In this document: positions 8,831 to 19,632 of the stretch, piece by piece
Numbering within the stretch: position 1 is the stretch's first letter
Layout: every line of letters begins with the position of its first letter
Source: Prevotella sp.
GTDB taxonomy: Bacteria; Bacteroidota; Bacteroidia; Bacteroidales; Bacteroidaceae
Length of the DNA: 64,000 nucleotides
Assembly: GCA_045617365.1 (NCBI GenBank)
Contig: JAZLIN010000014.1
Coordinates: forward strand, 5,208 to 69,207
Direction of reading: 5' to 3'
The notes under the pieces: generated by a model
What the model was told of the DNA's origin: nothing
The model's database searches: none
What the model saw: only the letters and a program-made list of their open reading frames with translations
Program-made: the position numbers and the translations under genes

Positions 8831-10783
8831 TTAATTATTGATAACCACTGCGCCATTATATGGGATTGTGATGTCCATCTGACGCTTCTTATTGAGCTTC
8901 ACCTCCTTCAGCGAACCGTTGAGCTGTGCATCATCGGAATAGAAGTTGAGCATGTCGCCAGCCTGGAACATATCAAGGTTCAGGCGAGCCTTGACCGTCT
9001 GGTCCTTCTGACCGTTGATGCCCACGATGAACCACTTGTCGCCGGTGCGGCGTGCGAGGATGACATACTTGCCTGGATAGCCCTCGATGAACTTCACGTC
9101 GTCCCACTTGGTAGGAACATTCTTCATGAAGTCGAGAGCCCACTGAGGAGCGTTGTCCAGATTGCCCGGTGCCATGGCGAAGTGCTGCACAGGACTCTGG
9201 AAGAGTACAGCGGTAGCGAGGGCAAAGACATCAGAGGTGATGCGATGACCGCCGCCCTTGCCTTCCTGATTCCACTTGTTATAGTGATTGTTGAGGGTGC
9301 TGCCGCCGAAGTCCATGCTGCCCACTGCATTGCGGATGAATGGCAGGAAGGTAGCGTCCATAGCCTCGCGGTCACACTCGCCCTGAGAGAAGCGTAGGTT
9401 CTCTGAGGCACGCACAGCCTCGCTGGCTACGTAGTTAGGGTACATACGCTCCCAGCCGCGTGGCAGGGTACAGCCGTGGAAGATAACGAAGAGACCGTAA
9501 TCCTCGGCATCATGCAGGATGTCCTCATAGAGCTGCATGGTGCACTGCTTGTCACCACCGAAGAAGTCAACCTTTATGCCGCGGATACCTGCACTCTTCA
9601 TCCATGCCATCTCCTGACGGCGCTCACGAGAGCGGTCCATACAGTTGCGTGGTGTCTGCGGAGCATCATTCCATACGCCGTTGGAGTTATACCACAGGTA
9701 GAGGCTTACACCCTTTGTCTTGCCATAGCGTGCAAGTTCCGCTATGCGGTCACGACCAATCTGTCGGTCCCACTGTGCATCGATGAGCAGTGACTCCCAT
9801 CCCATCTTTGCAGCGAAATCAATATACTCCTTCTGAGTATCAAAGTTACAGCTGGCATCGTCGGCAATGATCCATGACCATGCACCGCGACCGTATCGCT
9901 CAGAGGCAGCCTTGCCCTTGTATGCCACCTCACCGAGCACGTCCCATGTGACGGTAGTCTCGACGATAGGCTGCAAGCTCTTGCCCACTGTGATGGTACG
10001 CCAAGGAGTGTATGAAGGCAGACCTGCCTGTACGGCAGCGCTGCCTATGCCGTTGTTCTCCTTCTCACTTGGGAAGGACACCTGGTACATGGCACCGCCA
10101 CGGTTCTGTATCTTACATCCGGCATACTTGCCGTCGGTACCGGTCTCAGAGATAAGCATCCAGCCCTTTTCGGCATTATGGAAGAGACAAGGGAAGGTAT
10201 ATCCGTTGCCCCAGCCGTTCTTGCCCATAGTGTCGTCGGCAGTATAGTGCGTCTCGTAGCTTGGTGCGGTACGTGCGAAGCCTGTCATCTCACCCATCTG
10301 CGGACAGAGGAATGTGGTTGTGCCGTCAGGCATGGCAAAGCCAGTAGCCTCGCTATTGATCACAATGCTCAGCGGTCCGCGCTTCTGCTCCAGCAGCTGA
10401 TAGCGGAATGCCACGTCATTGTTTGCCACGAGGAAGGTGACGTTCATCACGTCCTGTCCCTTGCTGCTGAATGTGTATGTCTGGCTGTTAGCCTCGAAAT
10501 GCACATTGCTGCGCTTGATGTTAGGCAGTGAATAGTCATCCGTTACCGTCTTCATCTCGCCAACCTTTGAAATGGTGAGGTCAGCGGTGAAGTCACCGGC
10601 ATTGGTATTGAGTCCGAGCGGTGAAGGCATAAGGAAGTCAACGCCATCGTATGTGATGCTATAGGTAGGTTTGCCGCCTTCGCACTGTACGTCAACGGCG
10701 AGTTTGCCGTCAGGACTGACAGTCTTGGCAGTAGCTGTAGTTGCTGCAAGGGCAGCAAGAAGGGTTAGTGTTGATACTTTCAT
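8831..10783 (-). CDS. GH97 glycoside hydrolase (KxDF, retaining-type alpha-galactosidase-like)
   Basis: SPDGKL, PWRTITVG, LIDAQWD, GIKVDFF, FHGCTLPRGWERMYPN, GYPGKYVILARR. Confidence 0.92.
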   Translation of the reverse strand: MKVSTLTLLAALAATTATAKTVSPDGKLAVDVQCEGGKPTYSITYDGVDFLMPSPLGLNTNAGDFTADLTISKVGEMKTVTDDYSLPNIKRSNVHFEANSQTYTFSSKGQDVMNVTFLVANNDVAFRYQLLEQKRGPLSIVINSEATGFAMPDGTTTFLCPQMGEMTGFARTAPSYETHYTADDTMGKNGWGNGYTFPCLFHNAEKGWMLISETGTDGKYAGCKIQNRGGAMYQVSFPSEKENNGIGSAAVQAGLPSYTPWRTITVGKSLQPIVETTVTWDVLGEVAYKGKAASERYGRGAWSWIIADDASCNFDTQKEYIDFAAKMGWESLLIDAQWDRQIGRDRIAELARYGKTKGVSLYLWYNSNGVWNDAPQTPRNCMDRSRERRQEMAWMKSAGIRGIKVDFFGGDKQCTMQLYEDILHDAEDYGLFVIFHGCTLPRGWERMYPNYVASEAVRASENLRFSQGECDREAMDATFLPFIRNAVGSMDFGGSTLNNHYNKWNQEGKGGGHRITSDVFALATAVLFQSPVQHFAMAPGNLDNAPQWALDFMKNVPTKWDDVKFIEGYPGKYVILARRTGDKWFIVGINGQKDQTVKARLNLDMFQAGDMLNFYSDDAQLNGSLKEVKLNKKRQMDITIPYNGAVVINN

Positions 10784-10797
10784 TTCTATTGCTTGTT

Positions 10798-12768
10798 TTA
10801 CTTTACGTTAATTTGGAATGGTGTGGCAGGCAGCTGCTGCTTGTTGCGTAGGTTAGCCTTGACAGGGTTGTCCTTCCATGCGTAGCGCACGGTAGTCTCA
10901 CCTTGTGGCATGTCAACATCTTTGCAGTCGATGGTAACTTTGTTGCCGTCAGCTTTGCCTGAGACATTATGGAAATGCCCGTCAGCGCCCTTTACCTCCA
11001 GTTCGCATACAGCGTCACATTTCTCCAGTGGCTGATCCATGGTGATAACAATCTGTTCAGAACCGGCGAATGCCGATGAGAGAGGCTGAGGAGTAAGAGC
11101 ATTCTTCTTGCCGAATACAGTATTCATGAGTCCCATAGCACAGCGCTCAGCCACCTCGCGTTTGCGCAGGGGATGGATGTCTGATGCCTCACCAAGGTCT
11201 ATGTTCACTGTTAATGTGGTATATGGGTCGCTGAGTGCAACCTGGCGCTGCTGTTCGCGCAGTGAAGCCCATGAACTGCGCTCCTGTGGTTTGTCAGAAG
11301 GCTCCATGTAGTTAGCAAGCTGTACGATTGTGAATGGAAGATCGTTGCGATTCCACAACTGGCGCCATCCACCGATGAGCATGTGTAGATATTTGTCATA
11401 GTCACCCTGTCCGGCATTTGACTCACCCTGATACCATACCATGCCAGAGAGAGCATAAGGAGCAACAGGGTGTAGCATGCCGTTGTAGAGCACAGAAGCC
11501 TGATTGTTGGTGTCGAGGCGACCGCCTAGAGGACCTTCCATCATGAGCGAGCCCTTGTGCATGAGCCAGTCAGTAGAAGTAGGGATGGCTGATAATCCAT
11601 CTTCGAATACAATCTCATGTGGTTTGTTCTTGAAGAAATTAGCCATACCGCTCTTACAGATGAGTCGTACGGTAATAACGTTGTCGCCCTCATGCAGCAG
11701 ACCTGCAGGGATAGGGTAGCGGCGAGGAGGGTACTGGTAGTAGGTCACACCGACCTGTTTGCCGTTGACGTAGGTATAGTCCATGTCATGGAATGTGCCT
11801 ATGAACATCGTTGCAGGCTTGCCGGCATGTGCGGCATCCACCTGTATATGCTGGCGCAGCCACATGCTGCCGATGATAGGACGTCCGTTATGGCGTGCCC
11901 AGGCGTTGTTGTCATCCTGACTGAATGTCTGCCATGCAGAGTCGTCATAGTCCTCTTTCTCGAAGACTCCATATCCTGGATCCGTCTGGTTCATAGCATT
12001 CATCCATACATCACCGGCACGGTTGTTGGCCTTGGACATATAGTCAATGTACTGCTGGTCGGTATAGAGCAGATACTTAGTGTATAGATGTTGTGCTTCC
12101 TGTGAGGTGGCTCCGTATGCTTTGACAGAGTCGATGTCCACCCATGCCTGTATAGGACTGCCGCCGAGGCTGCACTGTATGATGCCCTGTGGCACGCCTG
12201 TCTCCTTGTACATCTTCTGACCGAGGAAGTATCCAAGAGCAGAGAATCCCCATGCGTTTTCCTTGCTGAGGTGTTTCCAACTAGTGCGTGCCACGTCATC
12301 CTTACGCTCAGTGGCAGGAGTGGTGAATATGCGGAAGAGGCGTATGTTGTCATTGCTGTAAGAGTCAATGTCCTTGGCATACTGTGGATAGACGCGTTCT
12401 ATGTGCACATCCACGTTAGACTGGCCGGAGCAAAGCCATACATCGCCCACCATGACATCTTCGAGTGTTATGGCATCGGCAGCATTGCCCTTGATGGTCA
12501 TGGTGTAAGGACCGCCGGCTTTCTGCTTAGGGAGGCTGACGCTCCATTTACCGTCAGTACCAGCGGTGGCGGAATAATCTTTGCCACGGAATGTGACTGT
12601 AACGTTTTCGCCTTTGTCTGCTGTACCCCATACAGGGATGGTCTGATTACGCTGTAGAACCATGCCCGACTGAAACAACTGTGGTAGTTTTATGCCTGCC
12701 GTAGAAGCCAGTGTGAAGAGTAGGAGTAGGGTAGTAGAAATCAATCTTAAGTGAAATTTCTTTGTCAT
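10798..12768 (-). CDS. Sialate O-acetylesterase family (SASA/CE20-like) carbohydrate acetylesterase
   Basis: LPQLFQSGMVLQR, GDVWLCSGQSN, WYQGESN, inserted sugar-binding domain, DIHP; start taken at MTKKF (12768). Confidence 0.88.
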   Translation of the reverse strand: MTKKFHLRLISTTLLLLFTLASTAGIKLPQLFQSGMVLQRNQTIPVWGTADKGENVTVTFRGKDYSATAGTDGKWSVSLPKQKAGGPYTMTIKGNAADAITLEDVMVGDVWLCSGQSNVDVHIERVYPQYAKDIDSYSNDNIRLFRIFTTPATERKDDVARTSWKHLSKENAWGFSALGYFLGQKMYKETGVPQGIIQCSLGGSPIQAWVDIDSVKAYGATSQEAQHLYTKYLLYTDQQYIDYMSKANNRAGDVWMNAMNQTDPGYGVFEKEDYDDSAWQTFSQDDNNAWARHNGRPIIGSMWLRQHIQVDAAHAGKPATMFIGTFHDMDYTYVNGKQVGVTYYQYPPRRYPIPAGLLHEGDNVITVRLICKSGMANFFKNKPHEIVFEDGLSAIPTSTDWLMHKGSLMMEGPLGGRLDTNNQASVLYNGMLHPVAPYALSGMVWYQGESNAGQGDYDKYLHMLIGGWRQLWNRNDLPFTIVQLANYMEPSDKPQERSSWASLREQQRQVALSDPYTTLTVNIDLGEASDIHPLRKREVAERCAMGLMNTVFGKKNALTPQPLSSAFAGSEQIVITMDQPLEKCDAVCELEVKGADGHFHNVSGKADGNKVTIDCKDVDMPQGETTVRYAWKDNPVKANLRNKQQLPATPFQINVK

Positions 12769-12798
12769 AGATAGTAGGAATTGTAAGTTTTTAAAGCG

Positions 12799-12846
12799 AA
12801 AAAGCTCCCTCCAACTCCATTGCATAATGGAGCAGAGAGAGCCTTT
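12799..12846 (-). terminator. Intrinsic terminator after susD2
   Basis: Minus strand GCTCTCTCTGCTCCATT-ATGC-AATGGAGTTGGAGGGAGC-TTTTT. Confidence 0.65.
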
Positions 12847-12884
12847 AGGCTTTTATAATAATATGTTATGTTTGTACATTTTAC

Positions 12885-14624
12885 TTACTTGATAGGCAGA
12901 TACCAGTTCTTCTGATCCATGAGGAGGTCATAGATGCGCTTATCCATCACGGTGTTCTTGTCATCGCAGTTACGCTTGGCAATAGGAGTAGCCAGATAAG
13001 AAGGATCATTACGGCGCATAGCTACGCGCATAAGGTCGTAGTAACGCTTACCCTCAAACATGGTCTCGAGTGCCATCTCGTTGATGATCATATCCTCAAG
13101 GAGAGGTATCTGGTATTTTACGGTGTCAGCGTATGATGCAAGTTCTGTCTCAGGCTGTGGCAGTACGTACAAGGTATCGCAATCAACGTCACCGCAACCA
13201 CGCTTACGTATGCTCATGGTCGTCGTTTCATCAAAGTAGAGGTTATTCCATGTATGGAAAGCAGCAGCGGATGTGCGTTCTGCCTCAGAGATATAACGCT
13301 CGATATTCTGCTCCGTCAGACCATACTTAAGTATGCAGAATGCAGTCTCTGGATAACCAGCGCGGCAGAGAGCCTCGGCAAACATCAGATAGACATACTG
13401 CAGACGGTAAATTACAGGAAGTGTCTTATAGATATATGTTCTTTCCTTTGCATAAGGAGAGTTTGCACTTACATTGGCCCAACCCTTATCGTAGGAACCT
13501 GCAAGGCGGAGATCTCCAGCGTATGTTACATCATACAGACCAGTCTTTGGTACGTAGATGGTGTCCTTCTTACCACCGGCACTCTCTAAGAGATAAACAT
13601 AGTTCTGGCTTTTGCTGAATGCAAAGAGAGCATTGGAAGGAACTACCTGTGCATAATAGTTGTTGTTGATGGTTGATGCATATACATCTTCCAAGTAGCT
13701 CTTGGTACCTTCAAGTTCGGTACTCTCCATAGGTATGAAGGTAAGGATGTCGTTATAATCCCAATCAGTACAGCTGTACAGATAAGAAGATGTACCAGGG
13801 AGTTTGTTTGTGAAATCATTATCAGTGGCAACCCATGAAGCTCTGTATTTTCCTGTATATCTTGGTTGGTTGGTATTGGTGAGGAAGTCATAGAAATACT
13901 TTGCTGCCTCATTGTAACGTCCAGTCCAGAGACACATCTCACCGAGGAGCACGCGGGTTGGGATGTAGAAATACTTAGAAGAGACACCGTTGATATCCCT
14001 ATACTGTGGCAAGTCCTTGTCTATGCAGTCCTGCAGGTCCTTGATAAAGAAATCGCAAATCTCGTTGATGTCCGAGTAATTCATATTTACAGCCTCCTGT
14101 GCTTCCTTCTCTGTGAGCAAAGGTTTAAGTACAAGAGGTACCTTGCCATAGGTCTTAGCGAGCTGAAGGTATGTCCATGCACGGTAAGTCTTGATGGCAG
14201 CAAAATCCTTCTCGAAAATCTTCTTGCCCAGGCGTGAGAGGGCGGTGTCAGCATTCTCTATGAAGTAGTTGCAGTTGTTGACGATGGCATAGTAATCAGA
14301 GATATTGCAGTAAGGGCTCTCGCCAGAGAAATCGAAGTTAGCGAGTTTCTTTACAGCGGTAGTAGCCCTGTCATTGACAGCGAGCTGGTCGCTGCGCAGT
14401 TCGCTGATGAGGACGTTGCGGTCAGCGACGATCTGCATCTTGCTGATGACACCCATTACGCTTGAGAGAGTGTCCTGTGCGGTGTTCAGTTTATGGTCAT
14501 CGACAAACGCGTAGAGTTCGCTGTCTGTGTCAAGCATATCACCGCATGATGCGAGGCTCCCGCTCATTCCCATAACGGGAATGGCAAGGAGTGCGATCTT
14601 GATATATTTCTTTATTGTATTCAT
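12885..14624 (-). CDS. susD: SusD/RagB family lipoprotein (pair 2)
   Basis: Lipobox LASC, YAIVNNCN, AWTYLQLAKTYGKVP, LETMFEGKRYYDLMR; follows a susC. Confidence 0.9.
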   Translation of the reverse strand: MNTIKKYIKIALLAIPVMGMSGSLASCGDMLDTDSELYAFVDDHKLNTAQDTLSSVMGVISKMQIVADRNVLISELRSDQLAVNDRATTAVKKLANFDFSGESPYCNISDYYAIVNNCNYFIENADTALSRLGKKIFEKDFAAIKTYRAWTYLQLAKTYGKVPLVLKPLLTEKEAQEAVNMNYSDINEICDFFIKDLQDCIDKDLPQYRDINGVSSKYFYIPTRVLLGEMCLWTGRYNEAAKYFYDFLTNTNQPRYTGKYRASWVATDNDFTNKLPGTSSYLYSCTDWDYNDILTFIPMESTELEGTKSYLEDVYASTINNNYYAQVVPSNALFAFSKSQNYVYLLESAGGKKDTIYVPKTGLYDVTYAGDLRLAGSYDKGWANVSANSPYAKERTYIYKTLPVIYRLQYVYLMFAEALCRAGYPETAFCILKYGLTEQNIERYISEAERTSAAAFHTWNNLYFDETTTMSIRKRGCGDVDCDTLYVLPQPETELASYADTVKYQIPLLEDMIINEMALETMFEGKRYYDLMRVAMRRNDPSYLATPIAKRNCDDKNTVMDKRIYDLLMDQKNWYLPIK

Positions 14625-14642
14625 AGCTTTATATTTCTGTAA

Positions 14643-17600
14643 TTACAAGTTAATCTTTACGCCCATAGCGAATGAACGTCCCTTACCGAGGAGACCGCGG
14701 TCAATGCCCTGTGCGAGTGCGTTGTTGGACAGAGTGCAGTCAGGATTGCTACCGAGGTACTTGGTGATGGTGAAGAGATTCTGTGCGCTACCCCATACGG
14801 TGATACCCTGCAGGAAGGTGTGGTTGATAGGAAGAGTGTAGCTCAGTGTGACGTCGCTCATGCGGAGATAGCTGCCATCCTCAATCCAGCGGTCACTGAA
14901 TCGGCTGTTGCCGTTAGGATCCTGATATGAGATGCGTGGCATATCTGTCACCTGACCTTCTGTAGTCCAGCGTCTTGACATTGCTGTAGTCTGGTTGAAG
15001 AAGTACTTGCCGCTCTCAAGGATGCTACGCTCATAGTTGTAGATGTCATTGCCGAGAGAGTAGTTGAAGGTGATGTCAAGAGTCCACTTTTTCCAGTTCA
15101 GATGGCTGTAGATGTTACCGTAGATATCAGGATTTGGATTACCGATGACTACGCGGTCGTTGTCATTGATCTCGTGGTTGCCGTCCTGGTCTATGAACTT
15201 CATGTCGCCAGCCTGGAAGTTTATCTGCTTACCGCTCTCATCTACATAGTAGTTGGCTGTAGACTTAGCCTCTGCAGAAGAAGCATACACACCATTAGTG
15301 CGGTAACCATAGAACATTCCGATTGGTGAACCAACCTTGGTGATTATGTTGGCACCATATATATTAGTGATTACGTTATCAGTCTTGAGAGCAGTGACCT
15401 TGTTGTCATAGTGACCAACAGAGAAACCGAGCTCCCAGTGCCAGTTGTTGCAGTTGATGACTTTTCCGCTGAGAGCGAAGTCGAAGCCCTTGTTTTCGAG
15501 TTTGCCATCATTACCCCAGTTCTCCTTGAGGCCAGAAGTCCAAGCCATCTGTGAGAGAGTGAGCAGGTTATTGGTCCAAGACTTGTATATATTGAATGTG
15601 GCATGAATGCGGTTGTTTACGAAGTTACCCTCGATGCCAGCATTTACCTTCTTTGTAGTCTCCCACTTGAGGGTGCTGTTACCAACGTTGTCCAGAACGA
15701 TACCATTGATAGTAGTGCCGAGCATGTTCTTTGATACAAAGTAAGAACGTGATGCGGTAGCATTGATATCGTCGTTACCTGATACATCAAATCCTGCATT
15801 GACGCGAAGGTAGTTTACACCAGTGGTCTTAGGGAACCATTTCTCGTTGGTGAGAACGTAAGAGCCCTGTACACTAGGGAATATACCCCATACGGTGCCG
15901 AAAGCCTTGAGTCCGTCAACCTCCTTGCCGAAGCGTGAAGAAGCCTGTGCTGAAAGAATGGCTGTGAGGTAGTACTTCTCAGCATAGTTATATGCAGCCG
16001 ATGCGTACCATGTGATGTCGGTATATTTGTCATCCACACCCTGTGTCTGCTTGTGGCTGAGGGCAGGTGAGAGGTTTGGCGTCTTATCATTACCGGTATT
16101 CATACCCCACTGAGCATTGAGCTTGTATGCGCTGTTCATATAGCGTACACCAGTAAAGAGTTCGATTGCATGAGCATTGTATCGGTTGTCCCATGTCAGA
16201 CGTGTGTCGCTCTGGATAGAGTTCTGGCGAGCAGCGAGACTCTTCTTGATGTTGTCTTCATAGATGCGCTCTGATGTGCCAGGGATGCGATAGCCAGGCA
16301 TACCCTCGATAGGAAGATAGTACTCCTCGTTGGTATTTACCAGTGTGAAGTTGAATGCCTCAGAGAGTTTGAGGTGCTTGTTGAACTGGTAAGTTGGAGT
16401 GACAGAGAACATCACGAGGCGGTTGCCGAATGTGTTACAGTTACGTCCCTCACCGTAGAGCAGTATGCTTGCAGGGTTAGCAAGGCTTCTGTCGTTGGTG
16501 ATGATACTGTTCTGCAGATAGTCATCAGCAATAGAGAGGTAACTACTCAGGTTGCCATTGATATCGTAAGCATAAGGCGAGAGGAATGGAGCCTTGATGA
16601 GCGAGAGGAAGCTCGGTGATGTGATAGAAGTCTCATCAACGTTCTCGGTCGTACCAAGATCGCGGAGATTGCGGTTTACATCGCTGAAAGAAGCATCAAA
16701 GCGAACGTTGAGATTCTTGAGAATCTGTATGTCGGTATTCAGACGCATGTCAAAGCGAGAGAAGTCGTTGCGCTTGAGAGGGCTGTCAGCGAGAGAGTAA
16801 CCTACGCTGAGGTTGTAGTTGGCTACATCGTCACCACCCTGTACGTTGATGCCATACTGCTGTGCGAAGGCATTCTCGTAAGCTTCCTTCTTCCAGTCGG
16901 TATTATTATGGTACATAGGGTAGTAGTAATATGTAGGATCATCTACCAGCATCTTCATACCAGAGATATCAGATACCTGCTGTGAAAGCATTTCCGTAGC
17001 GTAGGTACGGTAATCGGAAGCGTTCATCATATCAGGAGTGGTAGGCAACAGCTGATATTTGCCGCCTATAGTCACGTCAATCTTGGTTGCCATGCTGCGG
17101 TTACGCTTTGTGGTAATCATGATGACTCCATTGGCACCCTTGGCACCATAGAGAGCTGTACCATTCTTCAGGACCTCAACCTTGTCAATATCGTTGACAT
17201 TGATGTTAGCGAGGAGGTTGTTGAAGTATCCATCGTGCAGTGCGCTGCTGTCATACTTCATATCCATGATGACACCATCAACGACGATGAGAGGCTGTGC
17301 ATTGGCACTGATAGAGTTGAGGCCTCCGATAAACATTGCGTTGCCCATGCCGTCATTACCGCCGCGGCTTACTGCTCTGACATCTGCACCCAGACGCTGC
17401 TGAATCAATGGGTCGATGCTCACTTCTACGTTATTGTCAAAGCCTGAAGCTTTTGATGAGCGCAGGGCATTGGTCTTGTCAGTATAGCTGCTGGAGAATG
17501 CGTTGCTGTACATCTCTGCATTCACCTCATCAGTATTTTTACCGATAGCCACCTGCTGAGGAGCTGCACCATCGAGAGTCATATATACGCTGGTGATGTA

Positions 17601-17834
17601 TTCAGGTACCTCCTTGATGGTATATACACCTTCTGTATTGGTCATGGCAGAGAAGCGTGGGTTACCGTATGCTTTCACTTGAACGCCGGCAAGAGGCTTG
17701 CCAGTAGCGGCGTCTGTCACCCTACCGCTGATATCGGTAGCTGAAGCACCGACTGCAGCGAGGAGAGTCAAAGGCATTGTAAGAAGCAGTTTCTTTGCAA
17801 TGCACTTGTTGTATATAGGATTAAAAGTAATCAT
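14643..17834 (-). CDS. susC: SusC/RagA family TonB-dependent transporter (pair 2)
   Basis: QPLIVVDG, INVNDIDKVEVLKNGTALYGAKGANGVIMITTKR, LKWETT, SDRWIEDGSYLRM, C-terminal GVKINL; start chosen at the MITFN motif (17834). Confidence 0.93.
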   Translation of the reverse strand: MITFNPIYNKCIAKKLLLTMPLTLLAAVGASATDISGRVTDAATGKPLAGVQVKAYGNPRFSAMTNTEGVYTIKEVPEYITSVYMTLDGAAPQQVAIGKNTDEVNAEMYSNAFSSSYTDKTNALRSSKASGFDNNVEVSIDPLIQQRLGADVRAVSRGGNDGMGNAMFIGGLNSISANAQPLIVVDGVIMDMKYDSSALHDGYFNNLLANINVNDIDKVEVLKNGTALYGAKGANGVIMITTKRNRSMATKIDVTIGGKYQLLPTTPDMMNASDYRTYATEMLSQQVSDISGMKMLVDDPTYYYYPMYHNNTDWKKEAYENAFAQQYGINVQGGDDVANYNLSVGYSLADSPLKRNDFSRFDMRLNTDIQILKNLNVRFDASFSDVNRNLRDLGTTENVDETSITSPSFLSLIKAPFLSPYAYDINGNLSSYLSIADDYLQNSIITNDRSLANPASILLYGEGRNCNTFGNRLVMFSVTPTYQFNKHLKLSEAFNFTLVNTNEEYYLPIEGMPGYRIPGTSERIYEDNIKKSLAARQNSIQSDTRLTWDNRYNAHAIELFTGVRYMNSAYKLNAQWGMNTGNDKTPNLSPALSHKQTQGVDDKYTDITWYASAAYNYAEKYYLTAILSAQASSRFGKEVDGLKAFGTVWGIFPSVQGSYVLTNEKWFPKTTGVNYLRVNAGFDVSGNDDINATASRSYFVSKNMLGTTINGIVLDNVGNSTLKWETTKKVNAGIEGNFVNNRIHATFNIYKSWTNNLLTLSQMAWTSGLKENWGNDGKLENKGFDFALSGKVINCNNWHWELGFSVGHYDNKVTALKTDNVITNIYGANIITKVGSPIGMFYGYRTNGVYASSAEAKSTANYYVDESGKQINFQAGDMKFIDQDGNHEINDNDRVVIGNPNPDIYGNIYSHLNWKKWTLDITFNYSLGNDIYNYERSILESGKYFFNQTTAMSRRWTTEGQVTDMPRISYQDPNGNSRFSDRWIEDGSYLRMSDVTLSYTLPINHTFLQGITVWGSAQNLFTITKYLGSNPDCTLSNNALAQGIDRGLLGKGRSFAMGVKINL

Positions 17835-17882
17835 ACTTTTCTTAGTTTGTTTTTTATGATTTGACATTTCCTTATCGCGGCA

Positions 17883-19523
17883 TTAGTCTTTTGGTCTGAG
17901 GAAGATGCAATCAAGATACATCTCATTGTCACTTGATGCCTGCTGCTGCTTGGTAATGTTAGTCTTTAATGTGATGCTTATCTTGTCGTTTGTCATATCG
18001 TAGTTGCATGCAGGGAATACGAAATCCTCTGCGACTACGATTGTGTCAACCTTGGCCTTGTCAGTAGTAAAGGTCTTCTTGTTCTCACAGTCGAAAGTCT
18101 GTGCTACACCGTTTTCATCAAAATAGTTGATGGTAGCCTGGAAACGGCAAGTCTTTGATGCCAGTCCCATGACTGTCTTAGGCAGTACCACTACACATAC
18201 ATCATATTTGCCAGCGAAAGTGTTTGCGAGCTTATACTTGAGGCTCCATGCCACAGTCTTTGAGTTTGGTACTACGTCGAGGAAAGCTCCCTTTGATATA
18301 CTGTCGCCACTTACTGTCATGGTCAGCAACTGACACTTCTCGTTCTCAATGACATTCCATGTGCTCTCCATTTCATATTCCAGTTTTCTGAAATATGTCT
18401 GCTTAGCATCGATAGGCCATTCGTCATAATAATAGATAGTACCGTTACTACACTTGATAGAGTCTGTAGCGCTGCCGAAGAGACCTGTAGCCTTGTCGTA
18501 TGGATTCTTGAATACGCCATACTGTGGCTGAGTCTTGTTATACCATCTGCTTACTACGCTGTCCTGTGGACTAGCCTGAATGGTCTTACTGAATACAAGG
18601 TTTTCGAGGAACCACTCGTTAGCCCAGAATCTCTGGAGAGAGTCACCCTTTTCTATGTCGTTGCTGTATTTGAAGTGTGCGTAAGCCTCGTCCATAGCTT
18701 TCTCCCATGCCTTCTGACTTGGAACAGCCATCCAGTATGTAGAGTCCTCGCTGTTGAGAAGACCTATGTAGTTCATGAGTTTGTTGTCTTCGTATGTCAC
18801 AGAATCGACATAAACCTTGATACCATCAACGATACCGCTGCTGATACTTGCCTCTTCATTAAAGTGGTCTTCGTTGAAGCCCTTGAGTATATTGCCCAGT
18901 CCTGTGAAACGGTCGTCAGAGGTGAAGGTCTCATAGATGGTCTTCATGTAAGGCAGTGGCTTTTCGATGACGTGGAGTACGCCATTGCGTGAATGAAGGT
19001 CTGTGCTCTTGAAGGCAATGCCGTTGGCAGAAGTCTCGTTGACGTCAACATACTTGTTGTTGAGCATGCGGAGTTTCTGTTCGGTAGCAGACTGAGGTGC
19101 ATCTACTATGTGGTTGAGGACGAAGAACTGCTCTACCATAGAGTCACCCTCGTTGGTCTGGAGCTGATTCAGGAGAGCCTGCTTGTCGAATGTACCGTTT
19201 ACCGGTGCGAAGACTGTTAGCGAACGATTACCGTTGATATAGTCGGAGTAGCTAACGGAAGTCTTCTTGTGGTGACGGAAAACCTTTGTGTTAGAGAGAA
19301 CCTCAGCGAAATCAGAAAGTTCAGGACGCTGCTGTATCATCTCCCAGATGGTTGCGCTGTTGCCAGCACTTGCGCTGTCGGCATAATGGTCGTCCCAGTC
19401 AGAACAGCTGGTCATCATGGCAACAGACGAGCACACTGCCAGCTGGAGTGCAAGGAAGATTGACTTCCTTGTACTCTTGCCGATCAGAGTCGCTTTGTTG
19501 TATATCTTGTTAAAAGTAATCAT
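17883..19523 (-). CDS. Fasciclin (FAS1) domain lipoprotein
   Basis: Lipobox MTSC; TIWEMI...ELSDFAEVL, TVFAPVN, NGVLHVIEKPL. Confidence 0.85.
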   Translation of the reverse strand: MITFNKIYNKATLIGKSTRKSIFLALQLAVCSSVAMMTSCSDWDDHYADSASAGNSATIWEMIQQRPELSDFAEVLSNTKVFRHHKKTSVSYSDYINGNRSLTVFAPVNGTFDKQALLNQLQTNEGDSMVEQFFVLNHIVDAPQSATEQKLRMLNNKYVDVNETSANGIAFKSTDLHSRNGVLHVIEKPLPYMKTIYETFTSDDRFTGLGNILKGFNEDHFNEEASISSGIVDGIKVYVDSVTYEDNKLMNYIGLLNSEDSTYWMAVPSQKAWEKAMDEAYAHFKYSNDIEKGDSLQRFWANEWFLENLVFSKTIQASPQDSVVSRWYNKTQPQYGVFKNPYDKATGLFGSATDSIKCSNGTIYYYDEWPIDAKQTYFRKLEYEMESTWNVIENEKCQLLTMTVSGDSISKGAFLDVVPNSKTVAWSLKYKLANTFAGKYDVCVVVLPKTVMGLASKTCRFQATINYFDENGVAQTFDCENKKTFTTDKAKVDTIVVAEDFVFPACNYDMTNDKISITLKTNITKQQQASSDNEMYLDCIFLRPKD

Positions 19524-19632
19524 ACTTTTTTCTTTTTTTACTGATTATCGATTAAATAGTTAAATACCTCAATCGATTAATAAATTGTAGATAGTAAATA
19601 AGTGAATGGTAAATCTGCAAGAATGATGCAGG